From positions 1,796 to 65,795 of the forward strand of contig DASWKB010000008.1 of assembly GCA_036396895.1 (NCBI GenBank): DNA of 64,000 nt, given 5' to 3'. Source of the DNA: a bacterium (GTDB lineage Bacteria > Omnitrophota > Gorgyraeia > Aquiviventales > Aquiviventaceae). The position numbers were made by a program, and so were the translations under genes. Shown piece by piece: positions 57,171 to 64,000 of this stretch. Every line of letters begins with the position of its first letter. Position 1 is the stretch's first letter. The notes under the pieces were generated by a model. It saw nothing but the letters and a program-made list of their open reading frames with translations, was not told the origin of the DNA and did not search any database.

Positions 57171-57962
57171 TCACCCGGTGATGTCCTCCCCGCCGTCCAC
57201 GCCGATGACGTTCCCGGTCATCCAGCCCATGCCAGGATCCGACAGCACGGCGATGGCCTTCGCCACGTCCTGCGGCGTCGTGAGCCGGCGGTGCGGGTTG
57301 CGCATCCTGGCGATCTCCATCATGTGCTCGTTCCCGGGGATCTTCCGCAGCGCCGGGGTGTCCGTAACGCCCGCGCGGATCGTGTTCGCCGTCGCGCCGA
57401 TGGGCGCCAGCTCAAGCGCGAGCTGCCGGATATGCGACTCCAGAGCCGCCTTCGCCGCGGAGACCGCGCCGTAGAACGGCCACACCCGCGCGCCGCCGGA
57501 GCTCGTCATGGCGTAGACCCGTCCGCCCCGCCCCAGGAGCTTGCGCCCGAGGAGGTCCTGGGTCCAGTAGACGAGCGTGTGCGCCATCACGTCGACCGTC
57601 ATTTCCATCTGGTCCTTCGTCAGCTGGTCCTTCGGGTCGTCCGTCAGGTAGGGCTTGAGCGTGCCGAAGGCGAGCGAATGCATCAGGACGGCGACGCCGT
57701 TCTCGCCGATCTCCGGGGCGGACTGATCCAGGACCTCGCGCCGCTTTTCCGAATCGGCCGCGTTGACGTTGCAGTAGCGCACCGTGACCTTCGCCGTCTT
57801 CAACTCGGCGATGAGCTGTTCCACGGCCGGCAGCGTCGCCCGGCGGTCGAGGTGAACGCCCAGGATGTGCATCCCGGTGTTCGCCAGCTCCCGCGCCGTC
57901 GCGGCTCCGAACCCGCTCGAGGCGCCGAGAATGACCGCCCACTTGCCCGCCTGTCCAGCCAT
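57171..57962 (-). CDS. Short-chain dehydrogenase/reductase; FabL-like enoyl-ACP reductase is a tentative assignment
   Basis: 263 aa with ILGASSGFGAA (Rossmann fold) and the YGAVSAAKAAL catalytic Y..K. Confidence 0.65.
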   Translation of the reverse strand: MAGQAGKWAVILGASSGFGAATARELANTGMHILGVHLDRRATLPAVEQLIAELKTAKVTVRYCNVNAADSEKRREVLDQSAPEIGENGVAVLMHSLAFGTLKPYLTDDPKDQLTKDQMEMTVDVMAHTLVYWTQDLLGRKLLGRGGRVYAMTSSGGARVWPFYGAVSAAKAALESHIRQLALELAPIGATANTIRAGVTDTPALRKIPGNEHMMEIARMRNPHRRLTTPQDVAKAIAVLSDPGMGWMTGNVIGVDGGEDITG

Positions 57963-58093
57963 GCGCGTTCCGCTCCTTGGGTTGCTCCATCACGTGCCCC
58001 GGCCGGCCGTCAGCCTCGGCCGTCGTCGTCACAATGGCCGTAGCTTAACACTCAGCCGCGAAGCGGCGCAACTGCCTTTTCTCTCCTTCCGCC

Positions 58094-58407
58094 GAAGCAA
58101 CCAGCAACCAGAGACCAGCGACCAGTCTTGTACCATCACGAAACATCACGTTTGTGCAGGGGTGTATCTGTCAAAGCTTCCGTTGTTCCTGTTCGTGCGT
58201 TCCGTCCATTCCGTCATTGATCATTCCAGCTTCCAGCTTCTAGCCTCCAGCTTCCGACCACTGAACGCAGCGATGCACGGTACACGGTTCACGGTACTCG
58301 CACGTTGCGCCTCGCCCCGAAGCGAACGGAGTGAGCGAAGTCCTGAGCGAAGCCGAAGGACCCGCCCCGTGCCCCAGCGTTGACGGACAGCCGGAATCGG
58401 CGAATCG
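58094..58407. repeat. Mosaic element 3-prime of the second secretin
   Basis: CAACCAG words at 58094-58125, CCGTC words at 58196-58218, the TTCCAGC arm at 58221-58260, the GAGCGAA core at 58311-58375 and the GACGG arm at 58381-58407. Confidence 0.85.
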
Positions 58408-58465
58408 CCCCCCCTGTGCCATCTGTGGTGTCGGCGCCGTGGTCGCGTGCGCTGTGCCTCTGTGC

Positions 58466-60307
58466 CTACCAGCCCTCGTACTCCACGGCGAGCCGGAAGC
58501 GCACCTGCGTCGCTCCCGCGCCCTCGGGAAACGGCGGGAACGGCCCGGCGGCCGCCAACGCGGCGTGCGCCGCCGCGACGTACGCGTCGCCGCCGGAACT
58601 GGTGATCTCCTCGACCGACTCGACGGTCCCGTCGTGGCGCAGGACGAAGGCCACCGTCACCGATCCGGGCTCCAGCTTCGCCTCCTGGAACGCGCTGATG
58701 AGGTGGGCCCGCAGCCGCTGCCGGACATCCTGCTGGTAGCCCGCCGGGATCGGATCCCGCAGCACGATGCCGGGCGCGTCCCCCGGCTGGCCCTCCCCGG
58801 GGCCCGCGGCGGCGGTGACGGCCGTCCCGTCGGGACGGGTGATCGTCGGCGTGAGGAACACCACCAGCTCGCGCTTGGACTTGGTGTCCGTCAGGCCGCG
58901 GAACGGGGCCCCCAGAATGGGGATATCGCCCAGCCCCGGCACCCGGCGGTCCGTGCGCTGGTTCGTCACGTCGATGAGGCCGCCGATGACGAGCGTCACG
59001 CCGCTGTTCACCAGCACCGTCGTCTCCGCTTCGGTCGTCGTCACGATCGGCACGCGGCTGTCCGCGAACTCCTCGATGGTGGCCGTGCTCACCTCCGGAC
59101 GGATCTTGAGCTGGACCTGCCGCTCTCCCCGGATCTCGGGCGTCACGAAGAGCTTCGTCCCGACGTCCACGTACTGAATCTCCGGCGCCGTGACGACGCT
59201 ACCCGAGGCCGGCACGGTGGTCGTCACGGTGACGGCGGCCTGCCTCGTGCCGATGAGAATGCGCGCTTCCTGGCGGTTGGACACCATGATCCGGGGATTG
59301 GAGAGCGTTTCGGTCCGGCCCAGCACCTTGAGCGCCTCGAGCACGATCCGGGTGTTCCCGCCCGGCGCGGAGAGCAGGCTGAGCGCGCCGCCCGTCGCCG
59401 TCCCGCCCACCACGTCTCCGAGGACGCGGAAGTTCGACCGCGCGCGCGCGTCGATGCCGCCCAGGACCCGCTCCCAGTCGATGCCGAGACTCAAGTCATC
59501 GCTGAGGAGCACGGAGATGATCTTCGCCTCGATGAGCACCTGGCCGTCCGGGATGTCGAACGCCCGGACGATCTGGTCCAGGCGTTCCAGGCGCTCCGGC
59601 ATGTCCCTGACGATGATGCGGTTGGTGCGCGCGTCGACCGTCGCCGTGCCGACCGGCGTGAGCAGCTCGACGAACTTTTCCCCGATCTTCTCCGCGTCGG
59701 CGTACTGGAGCCGATAGACGCGCGACTCCGTCGGCCGGTCGAGGTTCTCGATCAGCCGGCGCATGTCCGCCAGGTGGCCCACGGTGTCCCGCAGCACGAG
59801 GGTGTTCGTCGTCTCGTCCGCGACGATGCGCCCGACGGCCGACTTCACCTGGTTGAGGATCGCCACCACCTGCACCACGCTGGCGTGCTTGAGCGGCAGC
59901 GCGACCTGCCTGGTCGGCTCCTGGAACCGCTGGCCGTAGTTGAGCTCGTAATCGCGCGCCGTCATCACGCTGATCATGTCGCCCCGGATGTCATAGGCCA
60001 GATCGTTCGCGTCGACGATAAGCTCGAACGCGTCCCAGACGTCCACGTCCTTGGCGAAAATGGTCACCCGGCCGCTGACGTTCTGCCCGGCCACGAAGTT
60101 CAGCTCGCCCTTCTGCGAGAGGAGCTTCAGGACGTCGATGATATCGACGCCCTTCAGGTCGAGCGAGATGAGCTCGCCCGTCTTGAACGAGCCGTCGTCC
60201 GCATGCTGCAACTGCGCCCGCGCGCCCGGCGCGCACAGGAGTGCCGCGGCGGCCCACGCCGCCGCCAGCCGTCCCGGTTCCCACCCGTGCCGCCGCCTGC
60301 GTCTCAT
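58466..60307 (-). CDS. PilQ/MshL/GspD-type secretin with a C-terminal TonB-C-like domain
   Basis: Start at MRRRRRHGWEPGRLAAAWAAAALLCAPGARA (ATG at 60307). N0/N1-like domains are present (VDIIDVLKLLSQKGELNFV..., two secretin_N-like repeats). The secretin core contains VPGLGDIPILGAPFRG..RELVVFLTPTI. The C-terminus is GSVTVAFVLRHDGTVESVEEITSSGGDAYVAAAHAALAAAGPFPPFP. Confidence 0.85.
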   Translation of the reverse strand: MRRRRRHGWEPGRLAAAWAAAALLCAPGARAQLQHADDGSFKTGELISLDLKGVDIIDVLKLLSQKGELNFVAGQNVSGRVTIFAKDVDVWDAFELIVDANDLAYDIRGDMISVMTARDYELNYGQRFQEPTRQVALPLKHASVVQVVAILNQVKSAVGRIVADETTNTLVLRDTVGHLADMRRLIENLDRPTESRVYRLQYADAEKIGEKFVELLTPVGTATVDARTNRIIVRDMPERLERLDQIVRAFDIPDGQVLIEAKIISVLLSDDLSLGIDWERVLGGIDARARSNFRVLGDVVGGTATGGALSLLSAPGGNTRIVLEALKVLGRTETLSNPRIMVSNRQEARILIGTRQAAVTVTTTVPASGSVVTAPEIQYVDVGTKLFVTPEIRGERQVQLKIRPEVSTATIEEFADSRVPIVTTTEAETTVLVNSGVTLVIGGLIDVTNQRTDRRVPGLGDIPILGAPFRGLTDTKSKRELVVFLTPTITRPDGTAVTAAAGPGEGQPGDAPGIVLRDPIPAGYQQDVRQRLRAHLISAFQEAKLEPGSVTVAFVLRHDGTVESVEEITSSGGDAYVAAAHAALAAAGPFPPFPEGAGATQVRFRLAVEYEGW

Positions 60308-60311
60308 GCCG

Positions 60312-60920
60312 TTAGAGCACCAACTCCAGGGTTTGACCGTGCAGATCCAGCACCGCGCGGTTCTCCAGGATGTCGCGCAGGACCGCCTCGCCCGCCACGG
60401 TCTGCCCGACGGTGACAAAATACGTCTTCTGCGTCTGGCTGTCGCCGATGATCGCCTGCGGCGGATCCCCTGAGACGATCCCCATCAGGGTGAGCCGCGA
60501 CGCCAGCGCCTGCGACGCGCCCGGCGCTGCGCCGCTGCCCTGGGCCGTTTCGCGCGCCGGGGCCGCGAACACCGCCCGCGGCGCTTCGGCCTCCAGCAAC
60601 GGCAGCGCGTCCAGGTCCGGCAGCGCCGCGCCGGAATCGCGCGCCGGCTGCAGCGCGGGAAGGACCGCCGCGCCGTCCAGCGGGTCCCGCGCCAGCTCGA
60701 CGCCGAGCACGACGACTTCCGCGGCGACCGCCGCGGCGAGCGCGCCGAGCAGGACACGCCCCCACGGCCACGACGGACGCGCGGCCCCGCCCCCCGCCAG
60801 CACGGCCGACATCCCACCCATCGCGGGCGGCTCGGCGCGCGGCGCCTTCGGCTTCGGCCGGATCAGGCGCAGGAGCCGCTCTTCAGGCGTAGGCGTCAGC
60901 GTGGGTCCAGCGGGATTCAT
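60312..60920 (-). CDS. GspC/PilP/MshK-like secretin-interacting protein
   Basis: 202 aa with a TM helix (VLLGALAAAVAAEVVVLGV). The C-terminal HR-type domain is LTLMGIVSGDPPQAIIGDSQTQKTYFVTVGQTVAGEAVLRDILENRAVLDLHGQTLEL. The start is uncertain because the ORF overlaps the upstream gene by 38 nt. Confidence 0.65.
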   Translation of the reverse strand: MNPAGPTLTPTPEERLLRLIRPKPKAPRAEPPAMGGMSAVLAGGGAARPSWPWGRVLLGALAAAVAAEVVVLGVELARDPLDGAAVLPALQPARDSGAALPDLDALPLLEAEAPRAVFAAPARETAQGSGAAPGASQALASRLTLMGIVSGDPPQAIIGDSQTQKTYFVTVGQTVAGEAVLRDILENRAVLDLHGQTLELVL

Positions 60921-61722
60921 CCCGGGTCAGCTCCTGGATCATCGGCGCGTCGACGTGCCGCCGCTCGTGCATGACCAGCGCCTCCAGCGCGCTGTGGCAC
61001 AACAGCGCGATGCGGCGCGGGTACCCCTGCGTCGCGTGATAGATGGCCCGGACCGCGTCGGCCCCGAAGAGCGCCTCGGGATCCCGGCACCCCGCAGAGC
61101 GGAGCCGGAACCGGATCAGCGAGCCGGTCTCCTCCTCATCGAGCGGATTGATGATGTACTTGAATGCCGCCCGGTCGAGGAAGTTGCGGATGCGCGCCAG
61201 GCGCGCCAGCAGCTCCATCTGGGCGAAGATGACCACCTGCAGCAGCTTGTACTCGTTCGTCTCGAAATTGAGCAGCATCCGGAGATTTTCCAGCATGTCC
61301 ACCGACAGCTTCTGCCCCTCGTCGATCACGAGGATGGTGGTCGCGCCGTCCTGCACGCCGCGCTGGAACAGCTGGTGCTCGATCGCTTCGCGGCAATCCA
61401 GGACGGACTTGAACGAGGGCGCAAGACCGAGGAGGCGCGCCACGTGCGCGAGGAACTGAAACTCCGATCCGAAGGAGGGGTCGAGCACCATGTGCAGCGC
61501 GAAGTCTTCCTCACGCCCGAGGGAGCTGAAGAGCGTCCGCGCCAGCGTCGTCTTGCCGGTGCCGACATCGCCGAGGATCAGCGCCAGCCCGCGCCGGAGC
61601 CGCACCGCGATCTCGATGCGGTTCAGCGCCGCCAGATGCGAGGTCGAGCCGAAAAAGAACGCGGGGTCGGGACTGGTCGAAAACGGCTCCTTGGCGAGGC
61701 CGAGCGCGGCATAGTAGCTCAT
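60883..61722 (-). CDS. ExeA/GspA/MshM-family AAA ATPase
   Basis: 279 aa. LGLAKEPFSTSPDPAFFF, Walker A GDVGTGKTTL and Walker B LVIDEGQ. Confidence 0.8.
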   Translation of the reverse strand: MSYYAALGLAKEPFSTSPDPAFFFGSTSHLAALNRIEIAVRLRRGLALILGDVGTGKTTLARTLFSSLGREEDFALHMVLDPSFGSEFQFLAHVARLLGLAPSFKSVLDCREAIEHQLFQRGVQDGATTILVIDEGQKLSVDMLENLRMLLNFETNEYKLLQVVIFAQMELLARLARIRNFLDRAAFKYIINPLDEEETGSLIRFRLRSAGCRDPEALFGADAVRAIYHATQGYPRRIALLCHSALEALVMHERRHVDAPMIQELTRDESRWTHADAYA

Positions 61723-61976
61723 GCGCCGCGCCCGGATTCGGCGGGCGCGCCCGTGAGGGCCATGATCTCGGCGAGCCGCTTCCCTTCGCGCTGCCAGGCG
61801 CGGATGTGCGCGAGCCGTTCCAGCGTCGCATCGGTGAAATAGCGGAAGCGCGTGGCGGGACTGCGGCCTGTTTCCCGGATGAGGCCGAGCTTGAGGTAAT
61901 ACTTGAGGGTATAGATGGAGTGCCCGCTGAGGCGAGCTAAGTCTTTAAGCAGGTAGAAATTGCCATCAATCGGCAT
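61719..61976 (-). CDS. Small MerR-type helix-turn-helix protein, translationally coupled to the ExeA-like gene
   Basis: Start at MPIDGNFYLLKDLARLSGHSIYTLKYYLKLGLI (ATG at 61976). ATGA overlap at 61719-61722. The track start at 62021 would run through the predicted promoter. Confidence 0.65.
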   Translation of the reverse strand: MPIDGNFYLLKDLARLSGHSIYTLKYYLKLGLIRETGRSPATRFRYFTDATLERLAHIRAWQREGKRLAEIMALTGAPAESGRGA

Positions 61977-61983
61977 GGGCTGC

Positions 61984-61999
61984 TCTCTATCTAGAGAGT
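61984..61999. promoter_or_regulatory. Perfect palindrome CTCTCTA-TC-TAGAGAG between the -10 hexamer and the HTH gene start; candidate operator
   Basis: Read directly from the sequence: 7-bp arms and a 2-nt spacer, located 8 nt upstream of the ATG at 61976. Confidence 0.45.
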
Positions 62000-62001
62000 G
62001 A

Positions 62002-62030
62002 TCGTACCGCCAGCCTCTCACCCCGTCAAG
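62002..62030 (-). promoter_or_regulatory. Candidate promoter of the HTH / exeA-like / gspC-like / secretin operon
   Basis: Minus strand reads TTGACG - 17 nt - TACGAT. Confidence 0.45.
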
Positions 62031-62037
62031 CGAATTC

Positions 62038-62103
62038 CAAAAACCCGGGACAGTCCCGGGTTTTTCCCGGGTTTTTCAAAATCCGGGACAGTCCCGGGTT
62101 TTT
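62038..62103. terminator. Two tandem A-tract / CCCGGGAC-N-GTCCCGGG / T-tract palindromes directly after the pilO-like stop; bidirectional intrinsic terminator candidates
   Basis: aaaaacccgggacagtcccgggttttt at 62038-62065 and aaaatccgggacagtcccgggttttt at 62077-62103. The second abuts the stop codon at 62103-62105. Confidence 0.65.
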
Positions 62104-62630
62104 CACAAGCGATGGTGTTTCACGATGAGCGTGGCGCGGAGGAGCTGGTTCTGCCCCGGCGAGGCGGACATGTGCACCCGCGGCACGCTGATGAGTCTGG
62201 GCAGCCGCAGCACCTCGTCCACGAAGCGCAGGACCGACGCCTGCTCGCCCTGGACTTCGAGCTCGAGCGCGAATGCCTCCGTCGCCCGCGCGGCGCCCTG
62301 CCGGGGCCGCAATCCGATCGTCAGGGCCGCGCTGCGCGCGCGCGATTCGAGCTCCGTCAGCAGCTCCCGCTGCGACCCGGCTTCCGCGGGATCCGCCAGA
62401 TAGGCGGCTGCGGCCCGATACGCCTCCTCGGCGCCTGCCGGGTCCCCCACGGCGCGTTCCATGCCGGCCAGTCGGGCGCGGAGCCGGTCCACGTCCGCGC
62501 TCAGCTCACCCGCGCGCTCCCAGAGCGGCTGCAGCACCGACGCGAGCAGCGCCCAGCAGCCGACGAGCAGCGCCGCGAACACGCCCAGCTGCCGCTCTCT
62601 CGAGGACCATCGCGGCCCCGGGGCGCTCAT
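62103..62630 (-). CDS. PilO/GspM/MshJ-like inner-membrane pilus assembly protein
   Basis: 175 aa with a TM helix (LGVFAALLVGCWALLASVL), a coiled segment and a C-terminal ferredoxin-like segment (FALELEVQGEQASVLRFVDEV). ATGA-type overlap with the upstream gene at 62627-62630. Confidence 0.6.
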   Translation of the reverse strand: MSAPGPRWSSRERQLGVFAALLVGCWALLASVLQPLWERAGELSADVDRLRARLAGMERAVGDPAGAEEAYRAAAAYLADPAEAGSQRELLTELESRARSAALTIGLRPRQGAARATEAFALELEVQGEQASVLRFVDEVLRLPRLISVPRVHMSASPGQNQLLRATLIVKHHRL

Positions 62631-64000
62631 CTGTCCGCACCCTCCTTCGCCACCAGCTCGAAGTCCGTGCGCGCCGCGCCGCCGGGCAGCGTCCGGTTCC
62701 GCGTGTAGCGCAGCTGGACCCCGCCGATGCCCTCGAGCGCCGTGATCGATTCCACGTACGCGAGCACGGTCTGGGTGGAGGACGCATGGCCCCGCACCGT
62801 CGTTTCGCCGCGTTCGCCTTCGACGGTCACGGCCTCAAGGCGCACGGCCTCGGGCGTGGCGCCGAGGATGCCTCCCAAGACGACCGCCAAGCGCCTGCGC
62901 CCGCGGAGCAGGCCGGCCACCGTCTCCAGCGCGTGTTTCCGCGTCTTCGCGTCTTCGGCCCGCGGCGTGATCTCGTCTAGCGCGCGTTGCAGCCCGCCGG
63001 CCGCGCGCTCCAACCGGCTCACGCGAGCCTGCAGCACGGCGAACGCCAGCGCAAACGCGGTGACCAGCAGCGCGCCCGCCAGGCCGAGCTCCCTCGCCTG
63101 CGCCTCGTGGCGCGCCCGCGCGCGACGCTCCGGCGGGGCGAGGTTCGGGATCTCCTCCGGCCCGGAGACCGCCAGCCCTTCCGCCACGATGGACGCGCCG
63201 TCCCCGCCCGTCCGGCCGGCCTCCATCACCGTCACCGGCACGCCCAGCCGGCGCGAGACCGCGTCCGCCCACGCCGGCGGGATCCCGACGCCGGCCAGCA
63301 CGGCCGCGCGAAGCTCCAGGTCAGGAAGGTCTTTGCGCGCCGTCGCGACGCTGCGCTCCGCCTCCAGCGCCACCAGCTCCCTCGCATCCGCTTGCGAGGC
63401 CCAGTCCGACGCGCCTTGCGCCAGCCCGCGGCTCGACATCAGACGGCGCTCCGCGATGACGGTGAAATCCGTCCGCGTCTCATCGATGTGGATGACCAGC
63501 GTCGGCTCCGCAGATTCGGCCCGCAGCCGGTACCATCCCCAGACGCCCCAGGAGCTGACCGCCACCGACGCCGACGGCAGCCCCGCCTGGTTGAGCCAGG
63601 CCAGCTCCCGCTCGATCGCGTCGTGCTGCGCCGCCACCACCGCCACGCGGGCGAACCCCCCGTGCCGCCCCAGAACAGAAAAGCCCACCACCACCTGCTC
63701 GCGCGGATACGGGAGGTTCGCGCGGGCGTACAACTCGACCATCTGCGCGAGCTCCCGGGCCTCCTCGGAGGGAAACGACACCGTTCTCACCAGCACCTGC
63801 TCGCGGGGCAGCACCGCCACGACGCGCGCGCCGGCGGGTTTCAGGGGCGCGATGAGCCGGCGCAGGAGCTGCGCCTCGTCGTCGCCGTCGGCGACCGGCG
63901 CGCTCCGCGCCGCCTCGACGCGCCAGCGGCGGCCCCGGCGCGACGCAAGCGCGACGCGGATCGAGCGGCGCGTCCGCTCGACGACGATCTGCCGCGTCAT
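62627..64000 (-). CDS. PilM-PilN fusion (GspL/MshI-like): cytoplasmic actin-like domain, TM helix and periplasmic PilN-like domain
   Basis: 457 aa in the window. The ATG occupies the last 3 nt, so the true start may lie outside. VIHIDETRTDFTVI is actin-fold-like. The TM helix is LGLAGALLVTAFALAFAVLQ. The C-terminus reads ..AVRLEAVTVEGE... Confidence 0.65.
   Translation of the reverse strand: MTRQIVVERTRRSIRVALASRRGRRWRVEAARSAPVADGDDEAQLLRRLIAPLKPAGARVVAVLPREQVLVRTVSFPSEEARELAQMVELYARANLPYPREQVVVGFSVLGRHGGFARVAVVAAQHDAIERELAWLNQAGLPSASVAVSSWGVWGWYRLRAESAEPTLVIHIDETRTDFTVIAERRLMSSRGLAQGASDWASQADARELVALEAERSVATARKDLPDLELRAAVLAGVGIPPAWADAVSRRLGVPVTVMEAGRTGGDGASIVAEGLAVSGPEEIPNLAPPERRARARHEAQARELGLAGALLVTAFALAFAVLQARVSRLERAAGGLQRALDEITPRAEDAKTRKHALETVAGLLRGRRRLAVVLGGILGATPEAVRLEAVTVEGERGETTVRGHASSTQTVLAYVESITALEGIGGVQLRYTRNRTLPGGAARTDFELVAKEGADR

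Overview
Visibly GC-rich bacterial chromosomal segment with about 60 genes. All are on the minus strand except one three-gene plus-strand operon at 45.5-48.2 kb. Genes are tightly packed, with many ATGA / TGATG / GTGA start-stop overlaps. From left to right the content is as follows. (1) A Tad-like pilus module: a CpaE/TadZ-like ATPase that runs off the window, a CpaC secretin, CpaB, a parvulin-type lipoprotein and CpaF. It is followed by tRNA-Glu and two PilT-type retraction ATPases. (2) rluD-lgt, then lspA, a dksA/traR-like gene and ileS. (3) yggT-proC-yggS next to a complete dcw cluster: mraZ-rsmH-ftsL-ftsI-murE-murF-mraY-murD-[coiled-coil gene]-ftsW-murG-murC-murB-ddl-ftsQ-ftsA. No ftsZ lies in the expected slot. 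(4) ribF-truB-rbfA-DUF503, a short CCA/polyA-polymerase-family gene, xerD, a lipoprotein, ligA, a metallophosphoesterase, an acylphosphatase and tRNA-Pro. (5) The plus-strand operon: a TPR protein, a type IV pilin fused through a poly-Gly linker to an HExxH domain, and a membrane-anchored protein. (6) ribE-ribD-PHP-nusB-ribH-ribBA, smc and an SDR/FabL-like reductase. (7) An MSHA/T2SS-like module: secretin, GspC/PilP-like, ExeA/MshM-like ATPase, small MerR-type HTH, PilO-like and a PilM-PilN fusion. The observations I rate highest are these. Nearly every intergenic spacer is built from degenerate heptamer arrays arranged as nested inverted repeats. Both secretins end in a TonB-C-like domain. 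The pilin-HExxH fusion operon is unusual. ftsA is bracketed by 128-nt direct repeats where ftsZ would be expected. A coiled-coil gene is inserted in the dcw cluster. All functional calls come from reading the supplied translations and the DNA by eye; no database search was run. Many long ORFs in the track are antisense artefacts of the GC-rich composition.
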